Source: Nitrospinaceae bacterium (lineage in GTDB: Bacteria > Nitrospinota > Nitrospinia > Nitrospinales > Nitrospinaceae). Taken from it: 64,000 bases of DNA. Within the stretch, counting starts at the first letter, position 1; each line of letters begins with the position of its first letter. Location of the stretch: NCBI GenBank assembly GCA_965237905.1, contig OZ250172.1, forward strand, positions 160,001 to 224,000, in the 5' to 3' direction. A model generated the notes under the pieces. The model searched no databases. It saw only the letters and a list, made by a program, of their open reading frames with translations, and was not told the DNA's origin. Shown piece by piece: positions 28,495-38,949 of the stretch. The position numbers were made by a program, and so were the translations under genes.

Positions 28495-30189
28495 ATGGCA
28501 CAGCCGCAATCAGGAAAAACCACACCGGCCAAAACAGAAAAGGATTCCGTTTATACTTTTCTGACTTCTTCTAAAAACGCAGACAATCCTTATGTTGAAC
28601 ATCTGATTCAACAGATCAACCGACTGGCGGAAATCGGTCGGGCCCTTTCCGGGGAGTACGACCTCAATACCCTCTTGGAAAAAATTTGTGACGAAGTTCG
28701 CAAGTTCACCTATGCGGACGCCTGCACCCTTTATATCGCCAAAGAAAACCAGCTTCATATTACAATTTTCCAGAACCATACCATGCAAATTCGAATGGGA
28801 GGTAAGACCGGGGAGGAAATCAACATGCCGCCGGTCGATCTGGTCGAATCCAATGTATCCGCTTATGTCGCCCTTAAAGGAGTTTCGGTCAACATACCGG
28901 ATGTTTATGATACCGATTTGTTCGACTTCACAGGCCCCAAGGAATTCGACCAGGAAACCGGATACCATTCCACCTCCATGGTGGTCTGCCCGATGCGCAA
29001 CCATGAGAACGACATAATTGGAGTTCTGCAATTGGTCAACGCGCTTAATCCGGACACCGGTGAAGTCATTCCTTTTTCACCCGACTACGTCAGCCTAACC
29101 GAATCCCTGGCGTCCCAGGCCGCCGTATCCATCACCAATGCCCACCTGATCAACGATATGGAACACCTCTTTGAGTCTTTCGTAGAGGTCATGGCTACCG
29201 CCATCGATGAAAAATCCCCGATTACCGGAGGGCACATCCGCAGGGTGGCCAACTTGACGATGATCATGGCCGAAGAACTGCACAAAAATGACAAGCCTCC
29301 TTTCCAAAATATTCATTACACTCCGGAAAAATTTCATGAACTGCGGGTCGCCTCTTGGATGCACGATATCGGCAAAGTCACGACTCCGGTAGAAATCATA
29401 GAGAAAAGTAAAAAACTGGAAACCATCTTTGATCGGATTCAGTTTGTAGATCTGAGAATGCAATTCATCATGCAGAGTATCCAGTTGGAAGCGGCCCAGG
29501 CTCAATTAAAATTGATGCGTGACGGGAAACCCTCTGAAAAGATAAAAAAACTGGAAGAGAGCACGGCAAAAACTATCCAAGAGCTAAAAGAAATCCGGGA
29601 ATTTGTCATAAAATGCAACGAACCTTCCGAATTTTTGGAAGATGAATATATCGAACGCCTGCAAAAAATTGCCAAGAAAACTTACAAAGACGAACAGGGC
29701 AATGAGCAGCCCTTCCTAACTCCCGATGAACTCAAGAACCTGTCAATCCGCAAAGGAAGTATTAACGAGCAAGAGCGCCAAATAATGAAAAACCACGCTC
29801 AGATTACCTTGGACATGCTCGCTAAAATTCCTTTTACCAGGAAGCTTAAAAATATTCCCAACTTTGCCGGGGCGCACCACGAACACATTAATGGGTTGGG
29901 TTACCCTCTGGGACTTAAGGGTGAGGAAATTCCCTTTGAAGGGAAATTGATGGCGGTCACCGATATTGCAGAGGCTTTAACTGCCAAGGACCGGCCGTAT
30001 AAAAAAGCGATGCCCCTGGAACAAGTCTACAAAATTTTAAGAACGATGGTGGATAGAAATGAGCTAGACCGTGATCTGGTTGAGTTTTTTATCAACGAAA
30101 AAATATATGAACTGTATCAGGCAATACATGAAGCGCCCGACTCCGCCCAGCCTTCAAAAGCATCCCCCAAAAACAAAAAAGACCCCTAA
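28495..30189 (+). CDS. GAF + HD-GYP cyclic-dinucleotide phosphodiesterase
   Basis: GAF (SMVVCPM...GVLQLVN), TGGHIRRV, HDIGK, HHEHINGLGYP, DRPYKK. Confidence 0.92.
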   Translation: MAQPQSGKTTPAKTEKDSVYTFLTSSKNADNPYVEHLIQQINRLAEIGRALSGEYDLNTLLEKICDEVRKFTYADACTLYIAKENQLHITIFQNHTMQIRMGGKTGEEINMPPVDLVESNVSAYVALKGVSVNIPDVYDTDLFDFTGPKEFDQETGYHSTSMVVCPMRNHENDIIGVLQLVNALNPDTGEVIPFSPDYVSLTESLASQAAVSITNAHLINDMEHLFESFVEVMATAIDEKSPITGGHIRRVANLTMIMAEELHKNDKPPFQNIHYTPEKFHELRVASWMHDIGKVTTPVEIIEKSKKLETIFDRIQFVDLRMQFIMQSIQLEAAQAQLKLMRDGKPSEKIKKLEESTAKTIQELKEIREFVIKCNEPSEFLEDEYIERLQKIAKKTYKDEQGNEQPFLTPDELKNLSIRKGSINEQERQIMKNHAQITLDMLAKIPFTRKLKNIPNFAGAHHEHINGLGYPLGLKGEEIPFEGKLMAVTDIAEALTAKDRPYKKAMPLEQVYKILRTMVDRNELDRDLVEFFINEKIYELYQAIHEAPDSAQPSKASPKNKKDP

Positions 30190-30200
30190 GGGTCTTCTCT
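30176..30200. terminator. probable intrinsic terminator between convergent genes
   Basis: AAGACCC-CTAA-GGGTCTT hairpin flanked by an A-run and a pyrimidine run. Confidence 0.5.
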
Positions 30201-30242
30201 GCCTCTTCCGCAATATATTTTAACCGGCAAAAATTTAAATAA

Positions 30243-30494
30243 TTATTTTTTCTTGGGAACGTACCATCCAGTGCGCATATAAGAGTCATTCATTTTGACA
30301 TGCTCATCAATGCTGACGTTATCATTAGTGATTTTGGTGTCGGGTTCGTGATCGTCGTCGAATTTCTTTAATACTTTTTTAGTGGTTTTGTCGGACATCA
30401 TGACAGACCGCTTTTTGCGGGTACGGGTCGGCCTCCGGGATTGCTTTTCACGGAGTTCTTTAATTTCTCTACTGGACAACCCATCGATAACCAT
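30243..30494 (-). CDS. small basic hypothetical protein
   Basis: 83-aa ORF with GAGG RBS. Confidence 0.6.
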   Translation of the reverse strand: MVIDGLSSREIKELREKQSRRPTRTRKKRSVMMSDKTTKKVLKKFDDDHEPDTKITNDNVSIDEHVKMNDSYMRTGWYVPKKK

Positions 30495-30581
30495 AAAAGC
30501 CTCAATTTTTTCTTACTTTTTGCTTTATAATCCCAAAATGAAGTTACCGCTTTCATTTGATGAACTTATAATACCAAAACC

Positions 30582-31934
30582 ATGCCCATCAACCAATTAA
30601 AATCCCTATTTTCGGAGTCCGGCGTTCCGGAAAATCAGGCGCGGGAAGTGATCAATTCCATGGATCATTTCGATCTCGCCCGTCTCCTTCATCAACTCAC
30701 AATAGCTCAGAAAGTCCTTATTTTTCAATATCTTGACGATGATGTGGAACGGCAGGAACTACTCTATGAAACGGATCAGGAAAGCCGCAAGGAAATCAGT
30801 GATGCCCTGGGCCTGGATTTTATGGCGCCTTTTCTGGAAGGCATGCCTAAGGATGAAGCGGCGGATATTCTTCAGGAACAAGAACCCGAGGTCCAGGAAA
30901 AAATCCTGGGGCAAATGGTCCCTGATGAAGCCCAGACTCTCAAAAGCTTGATCCGGTATGAGGAACAAACGGCCGGAGGGATGATGACCCCGCATTATTA
31001 CCGGGTTGATCCGGATGAAATTGCGAGCGAAATTCTAACCAAAATGATTCGAAACCCGTCTAAAGATTCTGTGACCGATTTTTTCGTGGTGGGAACGGAT
31101 AATAAACTGGTAGGTTTTTTTACCTTGCGGGATTTACTGAATGTCCTGCCCAACGCCAAAGCCATCCAAATCATCCGGGAAGAAACACACAAAGTCCTGC
31201 TTGATGAGTCTTGTGAAAAAATCGCAAATCTGATGGACCACGAACATCTCAGTACCGTGCCCGTGGTTGACGAACAAAATACCATTCACGGAATCGTCAC
31301 ATTTGACGACGTCATTAGAGGACTCAAGCAAACGACCGATGATGAAATTTATACGATGGTGGGCGCCACGGAAACCGATTCCTTTGCCAAAAAAACCTCA
31401 AGCAAAATAGCCGCTCGTGCACCGTGGATCTTCACCACTTTCATCGGCGGAATGATCAGTGCTTTCATTTTAAAATCATTTGAAATTACCATAAGCGAGT
31501 TTACGGCCGTTATTTTCTTTATTCCATTTGTGCTTGGCCTCGCGGGAAATGTCGGAATTCAAGGGGCTACTGTCATCGTACGGGGACTGGCCACGGGGGA
31601 CATCCAAAGCGATAACCTGACTAGAGTTCTCAAAAGTGAAATTAAAGTAGGACTCTCCAACGGTATGATTTTTGGAACCATTTGCGGAGCGAGCATCGTA
31701 TTTTTCGCAGAGACCCTGTTAAACACCTCTCCGGCCCTGGGAATCACAGTCGGGTTGGGGATCATTTTGGCAGTGGCTACGGCGACCCTGATCGGTTCCT
31801 TCACTCCATTACTTTTCCTGAAATTGAAAATAGATCCGGCCATCAGTACGGGACCCATGGTTACGGTGATTAATGACATCATTGGATTGGCAATTTATCT
31901 GTTTACTGCAACTACGGTTTTTTCAATATTATAG
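30582..31934 (+). CDS. mgtE: magnesium transporter MgtE
   Basis: MgtE N-domain, two CBS domains, GNVGIQG, IDPAISTGPMVTVINDIIG. Confidence 0.95.
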   Translation: MPINQLKSLFSESGVPENQAREVINSMDHFDLARLLHQLTIAQKVLIFQYLDDDVERQELLYETDQESRKEISDALGLDFMAPFLEGMPKDEAADILQEQEPEVQEKILGQMVPDEAQTLKSLIRYEEQTAGGMMTPHYYRVDPDEIASEILTKMIRNPSKDSVTDFFVVGTDNKLVGFFTLRDLLNVLPNAKAIQIIREETHKVLLDESCEKIANLMDHEHLSTVPVVDEQNTIHGIVTFDDVIRGLKQTTDDEIYTMVGATETDSFAKKTSSKIAARAPWIFTTFIGGMISAFILKSFEITISEFTAVIFFIPFVLGLAGNVGIQGATVIVRGLATGDIQSDNLTRVLKSEIKVGLSNGMIFGTICGASIVFFAETLLNTSPALGITVGLGIILAVATATLIGSFTPLLFLKLKIDPAISTGPMVTVINDIIGLAIYLFTATTVFSIL

Positions 31935-32053
31935 GAATAGTCCTGTCTCGCTATTTGCACTAGGCCCAAAAACATTCTTGCAACCAGTAAAAAAACTTTA
32001 TAAAGTAGTTCACGAAGGTTCTTTATAGTAATTTCAAACCTTCATTCGGTTTT

Positions 32054-32971
32054 TTGAGCATCTCTCTTCTACTGACTTGGTTTTTTGACATGAAGTCATC
32101 CATCAGATTTTTCACCGGTTTTATCCTTGCCTTTGGCTTATCAGGTTGGCTTTCTTTAGTATCCGCTTCCCAACCGACCCTCTCCGCTTCCGGTAAGTCT
32201 CAATCAAATACCTCGATTACAGAATATCCCTATGAGGCTTTAGGACCTTCCATTTCATTAAAATGGCCGCGGGGAAGCCTGATATTTCCAGAAAGCAATG
32301 ACCCGAGCAGGACCAATGAAGTGTTCCTTTTGAATGAAGCCTTCACTTCCCAATCCGAGCTTCAATCGCTTCATCATCACTTGGGGTTACAGTTTTTCTC
32401 GCGCAACAAATACAACCAAGCTAAAGTGGAATACTTGAAGGCGTTGAAATTCGAATCCAATATTCCCGCTATTCATAAGAACCTGGGTTTGATTTATTTC
32501 AATTCCAAGAGCTACAAAAGAGCCTACCGGAAAGCATTGCAGCTCGACCCGGGATACACCACCGCCCTGGCTAAACTGGCGATCTCCCTGGCGGCTCAAA
32601 AAAAATATACCTCGGCAGAAAGAAAATTCAAACAGGCGATTCGGGCGGAACCTTCCAATGCCGATCACTACCTCAACCTGGGGCACTTTTATTTCTACTT
32701 GAAGAAAAATTACAAGGGAGCTAAAAACTCTTATCAAAAAGCCTTGAAATTGAATCCCAGATTGAGAAAAGCCAAAAACAACTTAAGGGATATTAACCGG
32801 AAGTTCAGAAAATGGAAGGACCAGGAAAGTGATTTTGAAAGTTCCTGGGGAAGTGATTTCGACTACGATAGCTCAAAAAATGCGGAGAAACAAAATATAC
32901 CGGGTTATTCCGAAGAAGCTGACATTGCCGGTACCTGGGAGGAGGAAAGCACACAGCACCCGCTTTTTTAA
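32054..32971 (+). CDS. exported TPR-repeat protein
   Basis: Signal peptide and about 4-5 TPRs (HKNLG...YRKALQLDP); the start is probably ATG 32090. Confidence 0.8.
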   Translation: MSISLLLTWFFDMKSSIRFFTGFILAFGLSGWLSLVSASQPTLSASGKSQSNTSITEYPYEALGPSISLKWPRGSLIFPESNDPSRTNEVFLLNEAFTSQSELQSLHHHLGLQFFSRNKYNQAKVEYLKALKFESNIPAIHKNLGLIYFNSKSYKRAYRKALQLDPGYTTALAKLAISLAAQKKYTSAERKFKQAIRAEPSNADHYLNLGHFYFYLKKNYKGAKNSYQKALKLNPRLRKAKNNLRDINRKFRKWKDQESDFESSWGSDFDYDSSKNAEKQNIPGYSEEADIAGTWEEESTQHPLF

Positions 32972-32996
32972 AACCCCTGCAAACAACGCGACAGAC

Positions 32997-33239
32997 TTAC
33001 TCTTCTTTTATTTCTTCTATTTCGATAATGGGAGTATCGGTCTCGATATACTCCCCTTCATTTGCATAAATTTCCTTCACCACACCCTCATACTCAGAAA
33101 CAAGCGTGTAATAACCCTCCGCAACAATTTCGGCCACCGGCATTCCCACTTTAACCGTATCTCCGATATTGACGAGAAATTCATCTACTTTACCGGACGT
33201 CATAGTCGGATACATAGGTGCCATGGTGATATATGCCAT
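32997..33239 (-). CDS. stand-alone lipoyl/biotinyl-like domain lacking the acceptor lysine
   Basis: PTMTSGKV...GDTVKVGMPVAEI...EGVVKEIYANEG...TPIIEI; the ETDKA hairpin is replaced by VAEG. GGAGG RBS. Confidence 0.75.
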   Translation of the reverse strand: MAYITMAPMYPTMTSGKVDEFLVNIGDTVKVGMPVAEIVAEGYYTLVSEYEGVVKEIYANEGEYIETDTPIIEIEEIKEE

Positions 33240-33362
33240 ATTCCTCCAGAATTAAATTAGGGGTGCTTCACCCATGCGTAATTTAAAATTTTATGTTTGA
33301 GAATATTATAATTGGATCGCTATGATAGTATAGGAATATTTCAAAATCCACGGAGTTTAGCC

Positions 33363-33596
33363 ATGAAAATCAAAGTCGGGGATTGCCTGTACGAGCCGCT
33401 CTCCCAGAACAATGGAGAGGTCACCCGAATCATCAGTCATCCCAATGGAAAACTGGTGACCGTACGTTGGAGAGTGGAAGACCATCTTCCCCATGATACG
33501 GAACATTTTTATTCCAAATTGAGCAAGAGCATCAAAAAAGGAGAAATCGAATATACTCCCGGCCCGGAGCACGAGTCGGAAGAAAATCCTTCATGA
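33363..33596 (+). CDS. hypothetical protein (small beta domain)
   Basis: MKIKVGDCLYEP... after a GGAG RBS. Confidence 0.6.
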   Translation: MKIKVGDCLYEPLSQNNGEVTRIISHPNGKLVTVRWRVEDHLPHDTEHFYSKLSKSIKKGEIEYTPGPEHESEENPS

Positions 33597-33654
33597 TTTC
33601 TATCCAAGGCCTCCGTCAAAGATTTCAACTCACCCCATAGCCCCAAACTTCCGA

Positions 33655-33939
33655 TTATTGCCGATACATCGTGTGGCTTGGCCGCCCTGCTAGAATATTT
33701 TCCTTCCCCCAGTCCACGACCCCGGCAAATTTATCGGATTTGATAAAAGCGTTGTAAGCCTCTTCAGAATTCCAGTCGGAAACGATCAGATACGAATGGG
33801 AATCATTCACATCTTTGTACAAATTGGACTGCGTGTGCCCTTCCATTTCACTCATTACTTTTATAACGCTTTTAAAGGCATTTTCAAAAACTTCCTCTTT
33901 TCCAGGAATAATTTTATAATTCATCCCGATTGTTACCAT
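33655..33939 (-). CDS. antibiotic biosynthesis monooxygenase (ABM) domain protein
   Basis: IIPGKEEVFE...YLIVSDWNSEEAYNAFIKS. Confidence 0.85.
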   Translation of the reverse strand: MVTIGMNYKIIPGKEEVFENAFKSVIKVMSEMEGHTQSNLYKDVNDSHSYLIVSDWNSEEAYNAFIKSDKFAGVVDWGKENILAGRPSHTMYRQ

Positions 33940-33976
33940 TTTATTATCCTCATTCTCAGTAAATTTATGAAGGGGT

Positions 33977-34990
33977 TCAAACTATCAACTCAGGGGCGAT
34001 CATGTCAGGAGTTTGCGTAAAGACCAATTCTTTAATGGCAAACTTTTCCTTCAGCATCAAAATGTTCTCTTTGCGGTGCCCAGTATAATTAGAAATTTTT
34101 CGCAAGGGAACTTTAAAAGTCACCCGTTCCGGCAAAACCGCTTCCCGTAACAGGAGGTCGCACAAGGTGTCGAAGCATATCCGGGATTCCACGAGGGACC
34201 GGAGCGCAGGATGATAGGGTCCGTCTACAAGATTGGCCAGCAACGAAGGCTCCGGGTGAAGCCCCAACCGGATTACGGGTATCCCTGCGTCCTCAAACCG
34301 TTTTACCGCCCTCTTGAGGGCGTTTACCGTTCGATCCAGGCTCCAGGGGGCATACTCTCCTTTTTTATACATTTCATAGAGGGCTGTCTCACGCACCACG
34401 AGAGCCGGATAAATCCGTACAAAATCCGGTTTGAATTGCAACATATCACTAACGGATCGCTGAAATATTTCTTCAGAGTCTCCGGGAAGCCCCAACATCA
34501 GCTGTAAGCCCAGTCCATAACCTTTGCTTCGGATTAGATGAACAGACTGCCCCAAGGATTCAGGAGTATCGCCCCTGCCGGATCGCCTGAGAACCTCCGG
34601 ATCGGTGGACTGGACACCCAATTCGATGATTTCCACCGAGTATTTGTCCAGAAGCGCCAATGCCCCGGCATCCACGGCACCCGGATGGGTGGATAGACGC
34701 AGGCTTTGGACATATCCCCGATCAACCCATAATTGCACCGACGATAAAAGAAATTCCTGCCGTTTCACTGGCAAAGCGGTGAACGTTCCACCATAAAAAG
34801 CCGCTTCACGGATAGCGGGAAGCTTTTCCAGCGGCCGCGATTTGAGATACGTATTGAAAGCGCTCTCCAACCGTGCTTGATCCCCCTCCTTCTCAGCTCC
34901 GGAAATCTCATTCTGGTTGCAGAAAACGCAACGGTAGGGGCATCCCTGATGAGGAATAAAAATGGGAACGATCATACGTTGGCGAGGCAT
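33977..34990 (-). CDS. radical SAM protein (Elp3/YhcC-like, no acetyltransferase domain)
   Basis: GCPYRCVFC, FYGGTFT, IELGVQS, QLMLGLPG, GPYHPA. Confidence 0.88.
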   Translation of the reverse strand: MPRQRMIVPIFIPHQGCPYRCVFCNQNEISGAEKEGDQARLESAFNTYLKSRPLEKLPAIREAAFYGGTFTALPVKRQEFLLSSVQLWVDRGYVQSLRLSTHPGAVDAGALALLDKYSVEIIELGVQSTDPEVLRRSGRGDTPESLGQSVHLIRSKGYGLGLQLMLGLPGDSEEIFQRSVSDMLQFKPDFVRIYPALVVRETALYEMYKKGEYAPWSLDRTVNALKRAVKRFEDAGIPVIRLGLHPEPSLLANLVDGPYHPALRSLVESRICFDTLCDLLLREAVLPERVTFKVPLRKISNYTGHRKENILMLKEKFAIKELVFTQTPDMIAPELIV

Positions 34991-34994
34991 GTTA

Positions 34995-35711
34995 TCAATC
35001 GATAGGAGTTAAATTGAAACCTTCCAAAGCGGATTTGGCGGCGGCCTGCTCGGCTTCCTTTTTACTTTTGCCGTTTCCCCGTCCGCGAACACTTTCCTGA
35101 ACCAGGACCGCCACCTCAAACTCCTTGGCATGGGCAGGGCCCTTCTCGTTCACAATATTATAATTGGGAATGCAGTTGAACTGTGTTTGCGTATATTCCT
35201 GAAGCTCGCTTTTGTAATCCCGGAACCGGTCCGTCTCAGCATATTTGGCAATTTCCTCGCCAAGAACAGGCAGGTATATGTCCAACGCCATCTCCAGATT
35301 GCTATCGAAGTAAACGGCTCCGGCAAGGGCTTCATAGGCATTCGCCAAAAGAGAATTCTTTTCTCTGCCACCCGAGGCCTCTTCCCCTTTTCCCAAAAGC
35401 AGGTATTTTCCCAGATCCATTTGGCGGGCCAATTCGGCAAGACACGATTCATTGACCACGGCCGCACGAATTTTGGAAAGGGTTCCCTCCGCAAAATCTG
35501 GAAAGGCTTTGATCATATAACCGCTGACAATCAAATCCAGAACCGAGTCACCTAAAAACTCAAAGCGCTCATTATCTTTCAAAGATTGTGAATTTTCGTT
35601 GACGTAGGATTTATGAGTCAGGGCTTTATTGAGGAGAGAAATATCCCGAAAAGTGTAACCGATTTGCTTTTGAAGAGAGGCTAATTCCTGGGTGCGTTCT
35701 GTAGGAAGCAT
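34995..35711 (-). CDS. rnc: ribonuclease III
   Basis: NERFEFLGDSVL signature and C-terminal dsRBD. Confidence 0.97.
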   Translation of the reverse strand: MLPTERTQELASLQKQIGYTFRDISLLNKALTHKSYVNENSQSLKDNERFEFLGDSVLDLIVSGYMIKAFPDFAEGTLSKIRAAVVNESCLAELARQMDLGKYLLLGKGEEASGGREKNSLLANAYEALAGAVYFDSNLEMALDIYLPVLGEEIAKYAETDRFRDYKSELQEYTQTQFNCIPNYNIVNEKGPAHAKEFEVAVLVQESVRGRGNGKSKKEAEQAAAKSALEGFNLTPID

Positions 35712-35724
35712 TGAAGCCTGGCGG

Positions 35725-36966
35725 TTAACTCACCATTTCCTTGAAAATGATGACTCCGTTGGTACCTCCAAATCCAAACGAGTTGGACAAGGCGGCGGTT
35801 ATTTTTTTCTTGCGGGCTTCATTGGGAACATAATCCAGATCGCAATCCGGGTCCGGTGTGGTGTAGTTGATGGTTGGGGGAATAATGCCATGATGAATAG
35901 CCAAGACCGAATAAATCGCCTCGATCCCTCCAGCGGCTCCCAGCAGGTGCCCGGTCATCGACTTGGTGGAGCTGACGACCAGTTTGTAGGCATGGTCCCC
36001 AAAGACTTTTTTAATCGCGGCCGTCTCAGTGGTATCCGCCGCTGTAGAGGTGCCATGGGCATTGATATAGCTGATGTCCTCTTTATTCAGTTTGGAGTTA
36101 TCCAGAGCCAACTGCAGGCACCTTGCGGCCCCCTGCCCTTCAGGAGCGGGTGCCGTAATGTGATAGGCATCCCCATTCAAAGCATATCCGCCCACTTCGG
36201 AATATATTTTGGCTCCCCGCTTTTTAGCACTTTCCATTTCTTCCAGGATCACCACGCCACAGCCCTCACCTATCACAAAACCATCCCGGTCTTTATCAAA
36301 AGGCCGACTGGCCCCTTCCGGGTCGTCATTGCGGGTAGATAACGCTTTGGCGGCGGCAAACCCACCAACGGCCAGAGGAGTGATAACCGATTCGGTTCCT
36401 CCGGCAATCATCGTATCCGCCACCCCGTCACGGATCATTTGATACGCATCCCCAATAGCATGCGTTCCCGTGGCGCAGGCAGTCGCGACACAGCTGTTGG
36501 GACCTTTCGCTCCCAAATGAATGGACACCTGCCCGGAAGCCAGGTTGGGGATGAGCATGGGAATAAAAAAAGGCGTGATTTTTTTTACACCTTTATCCAG
36601 ATAGATCTTGTGGTACTTCTCAATGGCCGGCAAACCACACAGACCGACCCCCACCAGTACGCCGACTCTCTCCGCATTTTTGTCGGTGATCTCAAAACCG
36701 GAATCCTCCATGGCCATTTGACTGCAGGCCACGGCATAATGAATAAAGGTATCCATTTTTTTTACTTCTTTGTGATCGAGATAATCCTCAGGCTGGAATC
36801 CCTCAACTTCGCCCGCTATTTTTACGGGGAAATCATCAGGGACCTCAAACTTTGAAATAGGCCGGATGCCGGACTTACCCGCGCACACCGCGTCCCAATT
36901 CGTCTTCACACCAATACCCAAGGGCGATATGATGCCCAACCCTGTAACGACCACACGTCTTGACAT
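35725..36966 (-). CDS. fabF: 3-oxoacyl-ACP synthase II
   Basis: TACATG, NAHGTST, GHLLGAAG, SNSFGFGG. Confidence 0.97.
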   Translation of the reverse strand: MSRRVVVTGLGIISPLGIGVKTNWDAVCAGKSGIRPISKFEVPDDFPVKIAGEVEGFQPEDYLDHKEVKKMDTFIHYAVACSQMAMEDSGFEITDKNAERVGVLVGVGLCGLPAIEKYHKIYLDKGVKKITPFFIPMLIPNLASGQVSIHLGAKGPNSCVATACATGTHAIGDAYQMIRDGVADTMIAGGTESVITPLAVGGFAAAKALSTRNDDPEGASRPFDKDRDGFVIGEGCGVVILEEMESAKKRGAKIYSEVGGYALNGDAYHITAPAPEGQGAARCLQLALDNSKLNKEDISYINAHGTSTAADTTETAAIKKVFGDHAYKLVVSSTKSMTGHLLGAAGGIEAIYSVLAIHHGIIPPTINYTTPDPDCDLDYVPNEARKKKITAALSNSFGFGGTNGVIIFKEMVS

Positions 36967-36992
36967 AAAATTTTCTGGACGGATTATAAAAA

Positions 36993-37226
36993 TTAATTGG
37001 TGTGCTTGTTGATATAATCAATCGCGTGTTCTACGGTAACAATCTTTTCAGCATCCTCATCCGGGATTTCGATTTCAAAGGCTTCTTCCAAAGCCATGAC
37101 CAATTCCACGATATCCAGTGAATCGGCCCCCAGATCATCGATAAACGCCGCAGTTCCTGTTACCTGTTTTTCATCCACACCCAACTGATCTACAATAATT
37201 TCTTTTACTTTATCTTCCACAGACAT
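36993..37226 (-). CDS. acpP: acyl carrier protein
   Basis: [18 protein letters not shown]. Confidence 0.97.
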   Translation of the reverse strand: MSVEDKVKEIIVDQLGVDEKQVTGTAAFIDDLGADSLDIVELVMALEEAFEIEIPDEDAEKIVTVEHAIDYINKHTN

Positions 37227-37248
37227 AATTTATACGCTCCTCAATAGG

Positions 37249-37989
37249 TCACATTAACATCCCACCATTAACACTGAGAACCTGGCCGGTTATATAACTG
37301 GCCCGGTCCGAAACAAGAAATGAAATACAATTGGCAATATCTTCGGGTAGACCCAACCGAGCCAGCGGGATTTGCTCGATGAGCCGTTCTCGAACTTTTT
37401 CATCCAAAACCTGGGTCATGGCGGTATCGATAAAACCCGGGGCAATTGCATTAACCCGGATTCCTCGTGAAGCCACCTCCCTGGCAGTGGTCTTGGTCAG
37501 CCCAATCAATCCCGCCTTGGAAGCCGAGTAATTGGCCTGACCTGCATTACCCATCAAACCGACAATAGAAGCAATGTTCACGATGGATCCGCTTTTTTGC
37601 TTCATCATCTGTTTGACCGCCTGCTGACTGCACAAAAAGGAACCTTTGAGATTGATTGAAAGCACCAAATCCCAGTCGGCTTCCTTCATCCGCATCAGCA
37701 ATCCGTCGCGGGTGATCCCGGCGTTGTTCACCAGGATATCTACCAGTTTAAATTCTTTCGAGACAGAATCAAAACATTTTTGAACCGCCCCGGCGTCCGT
37801 CACGTTCAATTCCACGGCAGAGGCAGAACCGCCGCCGCTTTTGATATCATCTGCCGATTTTTCAGCACCTTCCAGATTGACATCGCCTAGAATTACATGG
37901 GCACCTTGACGCGCCAGTTCTTCACCAACGATCTTTCCAATTCCCTGCGCTCCGCCCGTCACGAGGGCAATTTTATCCTTTAGCTCCAT
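37249..37989 (-). CDS. fabG: 3-oxoacyl-ACP reductase
   Basis: TGGAQGIG, NNAGITRD, GQANYSASKAG. Confidence 0.96.
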   Translation of the reverse strand: MELKDKIALVTGGAQGIGKIVGEELARQGAHVILGDVNLEGAEKSADDIKSGGGSASAVELNVTDAGAVQKCFDSVSKEFKLVDILVNNAGITRDGLLMRMKEADWDLVLSINLKGSFLCSQQAVKQMMKQKSGSIVNIASIVGLMGNAGQANYSASKAGLIGLTKTTAREVASRGIRVNAIAPGFIDTAMTQVLDEKVRERLIEQIPLARLGLPEDIANCISFLVSDRASYITGQVLSVNGGMLM

Positions 37990-38010
37990 CGATCCTCTTA
38001 ACCTAATAGA

Positions 38011-38949
38011 TTAACCTTTTAATGCCGTAATTGTTTTTTCCAGGGACTCCTGATCTCCCACCTGGTAACAATCCACGCTTTTATCAAACCGTCTCATTAA
38101 TCCCGACAATACTTTGCCGGACCCGATTTCCACGATCGCCTGGATTCCCTGATCGACCATATATTGCATCGTTTCCAACCAACGCACCGGAGAACAGACT
38201 TGCCGGACCAAGGCTTGCCGCGCATCGCTTCCTTTGGAAATAGGTTTGGCTTGCACATTGGAAATGACTGGAACCTTTAAATCCTGAAACTCGGTTTGTT
38301 CCAGTTCACCTTGAAGTTTGATTTCCGCCGGCTTCATCAAAGAGCAGTGAAAGGGAGCGCTGACCGGCAAGAGAACGGATTTTTTGGCACCCGCCTGCTT
38401 CGCGTTTTCGGAAACGCTTTCCACTGATTCCTTATGACCTGCGATGACTATTTGCTCTGGACTGTTCAGATTGGCCGGTTGAACAACTTTTCCATTCGTG
38501 GAGACATCGTTGCAGAGTTCCTGGATTTTCTCCAAGGGCAAGCCAATGATCGCCGCCATGCCGCCGACCCCAACTGGTACGGCTTCCTGCATAAAACGAC
38601 CCCGTTGGCGAACCAGATGAACGGCATCCCGAAACTTGAGAGCTTCCACCGCAACCAGCGCGGAAAATTCACCCAAGCTATGGCCTGCCGCCATTACAAA
38701 ATCTATATCATGCTCTTTTAATCTTTTCAAGGCAATACTACTATGGATCAACAACGCAGGTTGTGTGTTTTCGGTCAATTTCAAAACCTCTTCCGGACCG
38801 TTAAAACAAATGTCCGCGATGTCCTGCCCCAGCACATCGCAGGCTTCATCAAACATAGCCCGGCACTCGGCGTCCGAATCATAAAAATCTTTTCCCATTC
38901 CTACAAACTGGGATCCCTGACCGGGAAATAAAAAAGCTGTCTTTACCAT
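38011..38949 (-). CDS. fabD: malonyl-CoA:ACP transacylase
   Basis: FPGQGSQ, GHSLGE, VSAPFH. Start at MVKTAF overlaps the fabH stop. Confidence 0.96.
   Translation of the reverse strand: MVKTAFLFPGQGSQFVGMGKDFYDSDAECRAMFDEACDVLGQDIADICFNGPEEVLKLTENTQPALLIHSSIALKRLKEHDIDFVMAAGHSLGEFSALVAVEALKFRDAVHLVRQRGRFMQEAVPVGVGGMAAIIGLPLEKIQELCNDVSTNGKVVQPANLNSPEQIVIAGHKESVESVSENAKQAGAKKSVLLPVSAPFHCSLMKPAEIKLQGELEQTEFQDLKVPVISNVQAKPISKGSDARQALVRQVCSPVRWLETMQYMVDQGIQAIVEIGSGKVLSGLMRRFDKSVDCYQVGDQESLEKTITALKG

Noticed and set aside
32460..32560. TPR unit about 3 residues short (SKSY-KRAYRKAL)
   Set aside because: In-frame and minor; it cannot be distinguished from ordinary TPR variation.
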